A stretch of DNA of 63,696 bases, the filler included, from Octopus bimaculoides (taxonomy: Eukaryota), in the NCBI RefSeq assembly GCF_001194135.2. It is 5 parts of 5 records of this genome, joined end to end, with 100 filler letters (N's around TTAATTAATTAA, not from the genome) between each part and the next. Parts side by side here need not be neighbours in the genome. Positions count along the whole stretch, not along the records: positions 42,485 to 54,941 come from NC_069006.1; positions 55,042 to 62,443 come from NC_068981.1; positions 62,544 to 63,696 come from NC_069008.1; 2 more parts are not named here. One strand, 5' to 3'. This document shows, in pieces, positions 52,586 through 63,696 of this stretch (position 1 is its first letter; each line of letters begins with the position of its first letter). The notes beneath the pieces are model-generated. The model searched no databases. It saw only the letters and a program-made list of their open reading frames with translations, and had not been told where the DNA came from. The position numbers and the translations under genes are program-made.

Positions 52586-52975
52586 ATACGCTGTGTGGTA
52601 AGAAGCTTGCTTTCTAACGACATGGTTCCGGGTTCAGTCCCACTGCGTGGCACCTTGGGTAAATGTCTTCTACTATAGCCTCGGGCCGACCAAAGCCTTG
52701 TGGATTTGGGAGACGGAAACTGAAAGAAGTCTGTCGTAATATATATATATATATAAAATGTGTGTGTTTGTGTGTCTGTGTTTATCCCCCCAACATCGCT
52801 TGACAACCGATGGTGGTATGTTTACGTCCCCGTAACTTAGCGGTTCGGCAAAAGATATAGATAGAATAAGTACTAGACTTACAAAGAATAAGTCCTGGGG
52901 TCGATTTGCTCGACTAAAGGCGGTGCTCCAGCATGGCCGCAATCAAATGACTGAAACAAGTAAAAGAATAAAAAG
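52586..52975 (+). mobile_element. SINE family B, near full length (tRNA-like head, CORE-like segment, central microsatellite)
   Basis: GGTTCAGTCCCACTGCGTGGCACCTTGGGTAAAT (similar to the CORE motif CCTTGGGCAAGT), central TA/TG repeat, tail CAGCATGGCCGC...ACTGAAACAAGTAAAAG. Confidence 0.85.
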
Positions 52976-52982
52976 AGAGTAA

Positions 52983-53015
<33 letters not shown>

Positions 53016-53758
53016 NNNNNNNNNNNNNNNNNNNNNNNNNNNNNNNNNNNNNNNNNNNNNNNNNNNNNNNNNNNNNNNNNNNNNNNNNNNNNNNNNNNNN
53101 NNNNNNNNNNNNNNNNNNNNNNNNNNNNNNNNNNNNNNNNNNNNNNNNNNNNNNNNNNNNNNNNNNNNNNNNNNNNNNNNNNNNNNNNNNNNNNNNNNNN
53201 NNNNNNNNNNNNNNNNNNNNNNNNNNNNNNNNNNNNNNNNNNNNNNNNNNNNNNNNNNNNNNNNNNNNNNNNNNNNNNNNNNNNNNNNNNNNNNNNNNNN
53301 NNNNNNNNNNNNNNNNNNNNNNNNNNNNNNNNNNNNNNNNNNNNNNNNNNNNNNNNNNNNNNNNNNNNNNNNNNNNNNNNNNNNNNNNNNNNNNNNNNNN
53401 NNNNNNNNNNNNNNNNNNNNNNNNNNNNNNNNNNNNNNNNNNNNNNNNNNNNNNNNNNNNNNNNNNNNNNNNNNNNNNNNNNNNNNNNNNNNNNNNNNNN
53501 NNNNNNNNNNNNNNNNNNNNNNNNNNNNNNNNNNNNNNNNNNNNNNNNNNNNNNNNNNNNNNNNNNNNNNNNNNNNNNNNNNNNNNNNNNNNNNNNNNNN
53601 NNNNNNNNNNNNNNNNNNNNNNNNNNNNNNNNNNNNNNNNNNNNNNNNNNNNNNNNNNNNNNNNNNNNNNNNNNNNNNNNNNNNNNNNNNNNNNNNNNNN
53701 NNNNNNNNNNNNNNNNNNNNNNNNNNNNNNNNNNTGACAGACAGACATACAGACAGAC

Positions 53759-53802
<44 letters not shown>

Positions 53803-53861
53803 GGTTAGATAGATAGATAGATAGATAGGCAGATAGATAGATAGATAGATAGATAGATAGG

Positions 53862-53940
53862 CGGAGGAATGGCTGCGTGGCTGGTAGCTTGCTTGCCAAC
53901 CACATGGTTCTGGGTTCAGTCCCACTGCGTGACACCTTTT
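53862..53940 (+). mobile_element. SINE family B head fragment
   Basis: AACCACATGGTTCTGGGTTCAGTCCCACTGCGTG. Confidence 0.75.
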
Positions 53941-54136
53941 ATCAAATTCAAATTTATGCAATACTTGACCACAAATATACATATATCAAGTATCTATACA
54001 TACGTGTGTGTTTGTATAGATAAATAATATATGCGCGTGCGTGGTCGAGTATTGCATAAATTTGTTCTGCACTTTTCTAGGTGTAGTAATAATAACTTAA
54101 GAATATTAACAAGCATGCGCCCGAATTTTTCATTGC

Positions 54137-54185
<49 letters not shown>

Positions 54186-54941
54186 ATTATTACTTTGAAA
54201 CATTGTGTAGAATATATTGTATAAAAGATCGTGGGTAAGGCCAAAACAATGCGAAGTAAATTCAAGGTAAATCACGAGAAAACAAATCTGTGAATTAATA
54301 TACACTTAGCTTGTATTCAATATTTCGGGGTTATGAGCCCATTTTCAAGAAATTGACGAATGTTGCCGAGTTTTCTAGTGATTTACCTTGCATTTACTTG
54401 ACATTGTTTTGGTCTTACCCACGATTTTTTATACAACACACACACATATACATATGTATACACACACATGCGTGCACGCACATACACGCGCGCGCGCAAA
54501 CATACATACATACATTGACGATACAAAGCATTTACGAGAAAATGTCTTATATATATAGTTTATACATAAAAGATCTTCAAACTGTACCCTCCTGTTGCCA
54601 GTTGCAGAAACATTGTAAAGTTTACAGTTGCTTGTCGAAAGCCTATGTCTTACTAATCAGTTACCAATTAATTAATCAACAATAAAGAAGCAAACGAAAA
54701 AGTCAGTATATGTATTTTTGCTGGCAGTTCACCCTCCCAAAAATTCAATATGTGTGTGTGTGTGTGTATGTGTGTGTGTTTGTAGGCATGTCTGTGAAAT
54801 TTGAAAGAATGATAAAAAGGATAAAAACTAAAATACATAGAATTGAAATATAGAACGCATGAAAGGAAAATGGTGGGCAATTTGAAAAAACAAAAAAAAA
54901 AAGAGTGGAAACTGAAGTTAAAAAAACTAAGACACTTCGTG

Positions 54942-55041
54942 NNNNNNNNNNNNNNNNNNNNNNNNNNNNNNNNNNNNNNNNNNNNTTAATTAATTAANNN
55001 NNNNNNNNNNNNNNNNNNNNNNNNNNNNNNNNNNNNNNNNN
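54942..55041. other. Synthetic scaffold join
   Basis: N44-TTAATTAATTAA-N44. Confidence 0.9.
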
Positions 55042-55093
<52 letters not shown>

Positions 55094-55229
55094 GTGTGTG
55101 TATTAGCAAACGCATCCGTCCTTTGGACGGTTTAATTTGCATTGGTGATATTTTTTTTTTCATCAAATAATTGAATTACCGAGAGGGTTTGTGAGTCGCA
55201 CGGCATTCTACTTTTCCGATTAACTTAGG

Positions 55230-55800
55230 AACGGAAAATCAAATTGAAGACTGGTTATTGTGGAGGTCGTTTGCAAGCGATGCAAAGTAGAGCTACTGAA
55301 GTATTTTGGGAGCATATTACGGATAATGACTACAAAATATAGTTATTTTATATGAAAGCAAAATTTCTTGTGAGAAACAGCCACATTAATGGTGTAATGA
55401 AATTGAAGGATGACATTGAAACTTCCCCTCTGCAAGCTTATTATTTTCAATAGCAAAGGGAGCTATTTTTTCGGAGAGATAAGCTAACAAAGGCCCCTTT
55501 GTTCTGTCTTCCCACATAGCTTGCGCATAAACTAGCAGCGAATGCTGCATAAAGTTAAATTGGTATGGAGTTTCTGAAAGATACGTATAGCTTTCGCAAG
55601 TGGAAGCAAAACTCTTATTTGAAGGTTGATTCTTTGGGACGAATCATATGTGATTGTTTAAAGAAAAAAGGCTAGAATGATATTGCTAAAATGTATTTGA
55701 AACAATGGACAACAGTCGAAATATCATAATGGATGGGTAAATAAGCATCCTTAAAATGAAACGACGCATTAGTAGGTAAACAAAGATATCAACAAATAGA
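55230..55800 (+). mobile_element. Probable decayed RTE-like LINE RT C-terminal fragment
   Basis: LKYFGS/ITDND...MKAKFLVRNSHINGVMKLK resembles KYLGSxIT...AKxxF...KLK; heavily frameshifted. Confidence 0.45.
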
Positions 55801-55894
55801 AGAGAGGAAAGAGAACAGCACCTTTCAAGTAACTCAGAATAGGTAAAGGTAAGCTTGCCAAAGTATATTGCAGTTTAAATATGGAGATTAAGTT

Positions 55895-56464
55895 AATTTA
55901 ATCACCGTAGCAGGTGGACAGTCGAAATAAATAAGTAGACATAATCCTTTCCCTTTTATAAAAAAAAAATTAAAAGTATGTAAGACTTTACATGCAAAAA
56001 ATTATGTCCATTTAGGTCCTTTTACGTGGGAGCTCTGAGCAAAATGTTTAGTGCATGACCATCATTGGGACATATGTAATGTGTGTGTAAAATTTGGTGA
56101 AAATCGGTTAAGAATTGTGAAAATGTATGCGTTCAGTGTTCCTAGTCAATTTAATCACCATCGCTAGTGGACAGTGGAAATAAATAGACAAAATCCTTTC
56201 ACTTTTATAAAAAGATTAATAAAGTATGGTAACCCTATAGATTATAAAACAGCTGATTAATGCACATGAATAGGAATCATCTATTGTTGGTTTCCCATCG
56301 CTCTAGAGGCCCCAATATCGATTTTTAAAAAATCCAAGTAGCCTATGTTCGTATCTAGGATATGAAGCAGCTGTGTATAAAATTTTAAAGAAATCAGACG
56401 AAAGATATAGAAGTTATTGAGGTACATTAAATTTTTGTACACACACACACACACACAGAAAACT
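55895..56464 (+). repeat. Direct repeats of about 85 bp (55895-55980, 56148-56228) in a possible non-autonomous Helitron-like element
   Basis: AATTTAATCACC...GTGGACAGT.GAAATAAAT...ATCCTTTC.CTTTTATAAAAA...AAAGTATG occurs twice; AAAATTTGGTGAAAATCGG and AAATTTTAAAGAAATCAG motifs. The Helitron label is tentative. Confidence 0.5.
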
Positions 56465-56664
56465 NNNNNNNNNNNNNNNNNNNNNNNNNNNNNNNNNNNN
56501 NNNNNNNNNNNNNNNNNNNNNNNNNNNNNNNNNNNNNNNNNNNNNNNNNNNNNNNNNNNNNNNNNNNNNNNNNNNNNNNNNNNNNNNNNNNNNNNNNNNN
56601 NNNNNNNNNNNNNNNNNNNNNNNNNNNNNNNNNNNNNNNNNNNNNNNNNNNNNTATATATATAT

Positions 56665-56669
<5 letters not shown>

Positions 56670-56760
<91 letters not shown>

Positions 56761-56761
56761 G

Positions 56762-56808
<47 letters not shown>

Positions 56809-56809
56809 G

Positions 56810-56868
<59 letters not shown>
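56670..56868. repeat. (GATA)n microsatellite
   Basis: Direct tandem. Confidence 0.95.
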
Positions 56869-56869
<1 letters not shown>

Positions 56870-58218
56870 TCAGTACATATCAGTACATATCAGTACAATT
56901 TGATGAGTGGAAAACCTTCCGGTGGGATGTATTTCCGCTAGTAAAAGTCTTGATGGTCATTATTAGGATCATTGATAATTAACAATTAAGAAGTTGGACA
57001 AGAATGACCATATGTCAATTCAAATAGAGTTTCCATACAAATATTATAATAAACTGTTTATATATTATATGTGTACAAAGTATTTATATAATACGAAGAA
57101 CATTTATGTATGATTGCAGGCAATACTTAAAGATTTACAGCAAGTAATTTTAGATATTGTTCTAATTAAATTTATTGTGTTACATTTGCTAATTTTTTAT
57201 ATACAAATAACGGTTATAGCAGATAATTAGATGGATGGATGAATGGACTGACCCAAAATACTTTTGTCGGACACATTTTCAGAGCATTAAATAAAGACAA
57301 GTTGAAGATGATGAGAGCATATTTCATGGAACAATGTGAAAAGGTTTAGAGTGGAATCTAGGTTGTCTATCTCTGGCATGGAGTTCATATCTGCAGCTAT
57401 TAAAACGCCAAGCAAAATTTCCTTGAGCCAGCATGGGCAACTGTTTTGGAGAAGCGGGCTGCATGAGACATGACTCATTACTGAACGTGTCGCACAACTA
57501 AAACAGTTCAAGGTCATTTTTCCTTAACCGTACCATTCAGAAAGTTCCTCGGGCCCAAGTTTGCCCATGGACATTCTAGAGTCTTCTAAATTAACGTGCA
57601 TGTGGCTGAGCACTTCACAGAAACGCGTACCCTTAAAGTAGTTCTCAGGGAGATTCAGCGTGACACAGAATGTGACAAAGATGGTCCTTTGATATATGGA
57701 TGCAACTCAATTTTGCCAGGCTGTTCCGTTGATCAGATCAACTGGAACCCTCGACGTCGTAAGCGACGGAGTGCCAACAACCATATCTTGTTTAGTCACA
57801 GAAAAAACATATGACTGCATAGTCTTAGACACGTATGCATGCAGAAACAGTTTTAATACATATACCAACACTCATAATTTGTTCGAATACAGGCATTCAT
57901 GCCTTTATGCTCCATACAAGTAGCAATAAATTGCTTGATGTGAGATAGAAGTTGCAAAATATGATTGTCATAGATTATGTTAAATATGATGGTCATGTAT
58001 TAACTTTTATGGACGAGAAAGCAGCGTTGTATACTTAAAACCAGTGTTCATAAGGATGGAAACAGAAAAACAGAAGTAAATCTAACTGAAATGACAGAGC
58101 ATTGTCATATAGAGGCCTAGCACTAAAGTTATTTAAGCATATTTATGGTTTTACTGAATCGCTGAATACTGGGAATGTGTGAACAGCGCATTTCCCGTTA
58201 CAATCGCCGTAAACTTCC

Positions 58219-58277
<59 letters not shown>

Positions 58278-58432
58278 AAATCACTCACACTCACACGTAT
58301 GTATATGTATGCATGTATTTATGTATACATACATATATGTACACATGTATACATGTGTATATTTAGATGTGCATGTATATGTGCATGAATATACACATAT
58401 ACACATGTACATATATATCTATATATATATAT

Positions 58433-58466
<34 letters not shown>

Positions 58467-58657
58467 GCTATATGTCGCCTGTTTATATATTATATATATA
58501 TATATATACCTACATATATATAAAATTACACACACACAGATGTATGTATGTATATATATATATATATATATATGTACACGTACACATATGCAAGGACAAA
58601 CTTATATAAGCATACACACACATATATTATGCATGTGTGTGTGTGTGTGTACATTTA

Positions 58658-59850
58658 TAGGAACTGGACAAAATATTGGAAACACCTTGTTAAATGGAAG
58701 CTTTATTATTATTTAATATGATGATTGTCTACTTTGGGCGTCAATCAAAGCCTTAATAGATGGAGAAATTGACTCGAACATGTTCTGAAAGGGTGTTAAT
58801 GAAATTTTCAGTCACTCTTCAAGTAAAACCTGCTTTATATCTTTCAGTGATGCTGGTGGAAAGAAACGGTTCCTAACTTACTGTTACAGAAGATACCATA
58901 CATTTTCGGTTCCTTACTTTCTGCTACAAAAGATACCATACATTTCGAATCTACTTCACTTTTGTGCTCCTCTTCCTAATCTTTAGGCAATTCAAAGCAC
59001 TTCTAGTTTGTATATGTGTTCATATGCAATATGTATACCTTGTACTTCAATGATAGAGCCATCTGATTTTCCTTTTTCTATGTTTAAATGGTCTACTTCC
59101 CTTTTGTGCTCCTCTTCCTAATCTTTAACCGCATCACTCGGCCTCATTGTTGAGGCCAAGCAATCAGGTTTGAAACCTTCATTTGGCTGTCTCTGCGCAT
59201 AAACTCGCCCCGATGCTTCGAAAATGGTGAATTATAATTCATTAAAGATGATATCGTTCCATTGAGCTATTCACCACCTCTGATAGTCTAGACTTAATTT
59301 TTTTCGCTTATCAATGTTGATGGGGGTACAGAAGAGGCTTAACCGTTACAGCCCTCTCATGACATCCAGCTTTATGTAACTCACAACAAACAGTTTTTGT
59401 TGACACAGAGTAGGCAAGGTCGTAGTTTAGCCCTACTGTCAATTTCGCTGCTGTGGTTCGGAGGTTTTTTAAACGATACATTTCATTATTCTGCAGCACC
59501 TCCTTGTAAGCTTTGCTTTCTATCCAGAATAATGCTTACCAGAGCTTGTTTTATCTTGGTTTTGGAAGGCCAACATGATTTTAGAGACTACACCTCTTGA
59601 AACATTAAACATTTTCAGTTGTTTTCGTGATGGAAGCTCCAGCCATCTGCTTTCTAACAATTTGTCATCTTTGGAAATCAGATAGGTTACGCTTTGTAAC
59701 ATTTAAACATAGAAAAGGGAAAATCAGATGGCTCTATCATTGAAGTACAAGGTATACATATTGCATTTGAACACATATACAAACTAGAAGTGCTTTGAAT
59801 TAGCCATATTACCAGTAGAAGAAATAGTTGAAATAAAAAAGTGGTGTTTT
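58658..59850 (-). mobile_element. Tc1-family transposon remnant, internally deleted and rearranged
   Basis: Minus strand: LSDFQR*QIV..MAGAS, VSRGVVSKIM, RTTAAKLT..VSTKTVCCELHKAG..KPLL, SGRVYAQRQP..PDCL, then VRNRFFPPASLK..LEE*LKI; TIR-like GGAACTGGACAAAATATTGGAAACACC after TA at 58656-58657. Confidence 0.85.
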
Positions 59851-59881
59851 CACTGAGTGAATATACATGAGTTGGACAAAA

Positions 59882-60085
59882 TAGTGGTTCCAAATTTTGG
59901 CACAAAGCCAGTAGTTTTGAGGGAGCGGACAAGTCAATAAAATCGACCCCAGTGCTTAACCGGTACTTATTTTATCGACCCCGTAAGGATGAAAGGCAAA
60001 GTTGACTTCGGCAGCATTTGAACTCAAAGCAGAGACGGATGAAATACCGTTAAGTATTTTGCCCGGCGTGCTAACGATTCTGCTA
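59882..60085 (-). mobile_element. SINE family A with a 13-bp target-site duplication
   Basis: GAGTTGGACAAAA at 59869-59881 and 60086-60098 flanks a family A copy. Confidence 0.9.
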
Positions 60086-60119
60086 GAGTTGGACAAAAGT
60101 AATGAAAACACATGGTTAA

Positions 60120-60530
60120 TTGAAAGTTTTATTACGTAATGCGGATTGACAGATCTTTTCTCTTGTTTTCTTTTTTTCTGGATATCATTTATCCACAGGG
60201 TTTGTTTGGGTGGAGGTACTCCTGTTTGGATGGGTTTGAGGGAGTATCCAGCTTCTTTTGTGACGACAGTGGCTGCTACATATACTATATCATTTAGCCT
60301 GGTGATATTGACATTTGTTTCCGTGGCTAATAGTTCTGTGACGGCCAGGTTCATGCTATTTATTATTGATGTTGTCTTAGTATCAATTTTAATTTTTGGG
60401 AGGTACAATCGGTGAGATCTGTGGCTTTCAGTTCTTTGGTTATGCTCATTTTTAGAGTATCATAATCATTAGGTTCCCCTTCACAGGTTCTAGATTTGTT
60501 TCGTATTCCCTCCTGTTCATATTTTTGTCT
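60120..60530 (-). mobile_element. R4/Dong-like LINE fragment (pre-RT region)
   Basis: LPKIK...ITRLNDIVYVAATVV...WINDIQ parallels LPRLQ...INKINDLIY of the 4682-8170 element. Confidence 0.6.
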
Positions 60531-60547
60531 GTGGTCTTCTTCTTCTT

Positions 60548-60621
<74 letters not shown>

Positions 60622-61152
60622 GTGAAGAAATCTCACAGCTTATTTTGCTGGTTATGATGGAAACTGTCAGCTGTCCACTTGTCATGTTTCAAGAATCTTG
60701 CAAAGAATTCTTGCAGTTCCAAGCAATGCTGATTTTTGTAGGTGTTCTACCTTCACGCTTGTATCAATCTTTTTGAGCCATGTTGGTAGTTGGGTGCTGA
60801 TACTTCCAAGTGCACCAATTACTATTGGTATCACGTCTACTCTCCTCTTTAACCATAACCTTCGAATTTCCCACTTCAAATCGTCATAGTTGTTTATTTT
60901 TTCTTCTTTCTCTTTGATCTTGTTATCACCGAGACATGCTAGGTCGATTATCATGCATATTCTTTCTTTTTTATTCACCACAACAGTATCCGTTTTCTGA
61001 TGTCTGCTCAGGTGATTGCACTGACTCATTGCATCCCACAAAATTTTGCAACTCTCACTCTCGGTGATTCCTTCTGGGGTTTTCTCATACCACGTCTTTG
61101 CTCTTTGTAGGCCGTGGTTTCCACAGAGCTCCCAATGGATCGTTCTTTCCAC
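60622..61152 (-). mobile_element. 5'-truncated R4/Dong-like LINE (RLE domain and 3' UTR) flanked by (TAA)n
   Basis: IHWELC...KILWD...IIDLAC..D..I..KEEKINNYDDLKWEIRRLW...IPIVIGALG...LQKSALLGTARIL; ATT arrays at 60577-60621 and 61153-61167. Confidence 0.88.
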
Positions 61153-61167
61153 ATTATTATTATTATT

Positions 61168-61632
61168 GAGTGAGAGAGCAACACATACCATGAAAGTGAC
61201 ATTAAGGTACACATATACAAAGTCCAATATATCCATCATGACTACCCGTCTGATAAGGGTACACCAAGCACATGCATCACAACCATATGTGCGCGACATG
61301 ATGATCTCATATCAAGATAAACAGCGCATGACCTTGCAGGTGGGGCCTAGTTAGAATTTTCTTCGGGTCGAGTAGCCCATCCCACTCAAAAGCTCCTTGA
61401 ATGAGGTTTGTTTAAGGATAATGAACAAAACATTCGTGTTTCCACAGGTTACTTATTCAAACCCCAAAGAATTCCTCTCAACACATAGCTATGATGCTCC
61501 ACCGTTACTTCAGTTCGTGATCAGAGATGCACATATCATCAGCCTCCAAGGGACAAGCTCAACTGGTTAAGGTCAAACAACTGACGAGCAAATCTGTGGT
61601 ATTGAGCAGACTATTTGCTGTAGCCCATCTTT
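61168..61632 (-). mobile_element. Dispersed repeat family E
   Basis: Longer homologue of 39400-39795, ending in (AAT)n. Confidence 0.8.
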
Positions 61633-61734
61633 CATACTTATATGTAGACATAAACTTATATAAGCAAACACACACACAATATATATATATATATGTACAT
61701 TTTGTGTGTGCATGCGTGTGCGCGCGCGTCATTG

Positions 61735-61945
61735 TATCTGTGTTTGTCCTCCACCACCGCATCACAACTGGTGTTGGTGTGTTTACGTCCCCGTAACTTA
61801 GCAGGTCAGCAAAAAATACCAAAACAATAAGTACCAGGTTTAGCCAAAAACTTAAGTACTGGGGATCGTTTCATTCGACTAAAAATTTTTCAAAGTGGTG
61901 CCCCTGCATGGCCGCAGTCAAATGACTGAAACAAGTAAAAGATAA
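61735..61945 (+). mobile_element. SINE family B, 3' half
   Basis: TTTACGTCCCCGTAACTTAGC...AATAAGTACC...CATGGCCGCAGTCAAATGACTGAAACAAGTAAAAGA. Confidence 0.82.
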
Positions 61946-62391
61946 AATATATTTCCCAAATTATATTAAAAACGGGTTTAATGGCATTGCATGAGTTATA
62001 TATTTGCATGAGAGGTATTCTACTAACAGTCCAGTAGAGAAAACTTAAAGTGAGAAATACACACAATGTCTTCCGTCAAATATCCTGGAGCCTTTCAAAA
62101 CAGACCAGATATATGGAGAAACTTCGCAATGGTTACCGATTTGATTAAATATTCGACTCTTCCTCTGCGCTTCTTTCTTTCTTCAACGACTATGCGTTGC
62201 TTTTTATACTCATAAAACTATTTGTATACATGTGTGTATGTATGAATATGTGCGTGTATGTGTATGAATGTGTGCATATGTATGTATGAATGTGTGCGTG
62301 TATATGTATGTGTATATATATGTATAAATGTATGTATGTATGTATGTATGTATTATGTATGTATGTATTATGTATGTATGTATGAGCGTAT

Positions 62392-62434
62392 AAACTTTTC
62401 CCTGAAGAAAGAATTTGTCCGAAACGTTGAGTTT
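62392..62434 (+). ncRNA. Decayed hammerhead-like motif, same family as 42726
   Basis: AAACT..C-CTGAAGA-AAGAATTTGTCC-GAA-ACGT-T-GAGTTT; palindromic ACGT, stem II eroded. Confidence 0.4.
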
Positions 62435-62443
62435 TCCGTTCCC

Positions 62444-62543
62444 NNNNNNNNNNNNNNNNNNNNNNNNNNNNNNNNNNNNNNNNNNNNTTAATTAATTAAN
62501 NNNNNNNNNNNNNNNNNNNNNNNNNNNNNNNNNNNNNNNNNNN
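62444..62543. other. Synthetic scaffold join
   Basis: N44-TTAATTAATTAA-N44. Confidence 0.9.
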
Positions 62544-62663
62544 TGGTTCCAAGTTCAGTCCCACTGCGTGGCATCTTGGGCAAGTGTCGTCTACTATATC
62601 CCTGGGATGACTAAAGCTTTGTGAGTGCATTTGGTAGATAGAAACTGAATGAAGCCCTTCATG

Positions 62664-62706
<43 letters not shown>

Positions 62707-62915
62707 ATGCCTATGTGTGTGTCTTTGTTTGGCCCCCCATCACTGCTTGACAACCTTTGTTGGTGTGCTTACGTCCCTGTAATTTGGTCGTTCAGCAAAA
62801 GAGATCAATAGGATAAGTACCAGACTTTAAAATAATAAGTACAAGGGGCCAATTCGTTCAACTGAAAATTCTTCAAGCCAGTGCCCCAGCATGACCACAG
62901 TCTAATGATTGAAAT
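62544..62915 (+). mobile_element. SINE family B
   Basis: GTTCAGTCCCACTGCGTGGCATCTTGGGCAAGTGTC...central TA repeat...CCCCAGCATGACCACAGTC. Confidence 0.82.
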
Positions 62916-62959
62916 ACTGGACAGAATTTTTCGTAGCATTTCTTCTGGCTTGGCTCATG

Positions 62960-63105
62960 ATGCTCCGCGTTCAAATCCCATCATGTTGACTTTAGCTTTC
63001 ATTGTATCGAAGGTCAATAAAATAAGTACCAGTTAAACGCTAAGGGTCAATGTCATCGACATACTTGCTCCCTCAAAACCTTCGGCCCTTATACATTTCT
63101 AGAGA
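62960..63105 (+). mobile_element. Degenerate SINE family A
   Basis: GTTCAAATCCC...GACTTTAGCTTTCA...AATAAAATAAGTACCAGTT. Confidence 0.6.
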
Positions 63106-63624
63106 GGATTACTTATGCAACAGTGTCGCAGCAAATGTTTCTATAAAATGTCACAGGAAATAATAATAATAATAATAGTCGTCATCGTCGTCGTCGTCGT
63201 CGTCGTTTAATGTCCACTTTCTATGCTGGCATGGGTTGGACAAATGTTTGTATAATATCTGTATACACTATGGACTTCAATTTGAGAGGAAGCCAACTCA
63301 AATATTCTTAATTATATCTCTTAGCAATTATTTATTAATAATTATGCACACTTATAAACTGTTTAATTATTGGTTCAGTGCCAGTAATTAAGGTGTTTAT
63401 ATAGTGAGATATGAATGTATCAGCCGTCACGGTGAGAAGTTTCCATTTGCACAACGTTGGCTTTAGCATAGATTATTCATGAGCGCTGGACCAGAAACAC
63501 CAATAAAAAAGCTTCCCTAACACACTTGTAAACAAAAACATACTCATATACCCATACATATGTACATACATACACACACACTCACACTTACAGACACATA
63601 TATAAATATACATACACATACATC

Positions 63625-63696
<72 letters not shown>

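Noticed and set aside
1-63696. Most ORF-track entries (YI, CV, HT, LSIY repeats, poly-L/N/K/H, and ORFs spanning X)
   Set aside because: They are translations of microsatellites or run through N gaps; no coding evidence.

Overview
Eukaryotic, AT-rich, very repeat-dense DNA, most likely an octopus or other coleoid genome (inferred from the tRNA/CORE-like SINE families and extreme microsatellite density). About 8 kb is N. Four 100-bp gaps carry a synthetic TTAATTAATTAA linker, so the window is five joined pieces. I found no host protein-coding gene, true tRNA, rRNA or CRISPR array. The sequence is a collection of decayed transposons: a near full-length R4/Dong-like RLE LINE plus fragments, Tx1/L1 ORF1 and RT fragments, three CR1 fragments, a probable RTE fragment, two maT (DD37D-like) and one Tc1 transposase remnants, two Penelope-like GIY-YIG fragments and many SINEs. 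The main finding is a set of minimal type I hammerhead ribozyme motifs: three with all three stems, two decayed and two half-cores. Two lie downstream of the Penelope endonuclease fragments, different families carry different palindromic helix III sequences, and one is overlapped by a 33-bp inverted repeat. All calls come from manual reading; no searches or folding were run.
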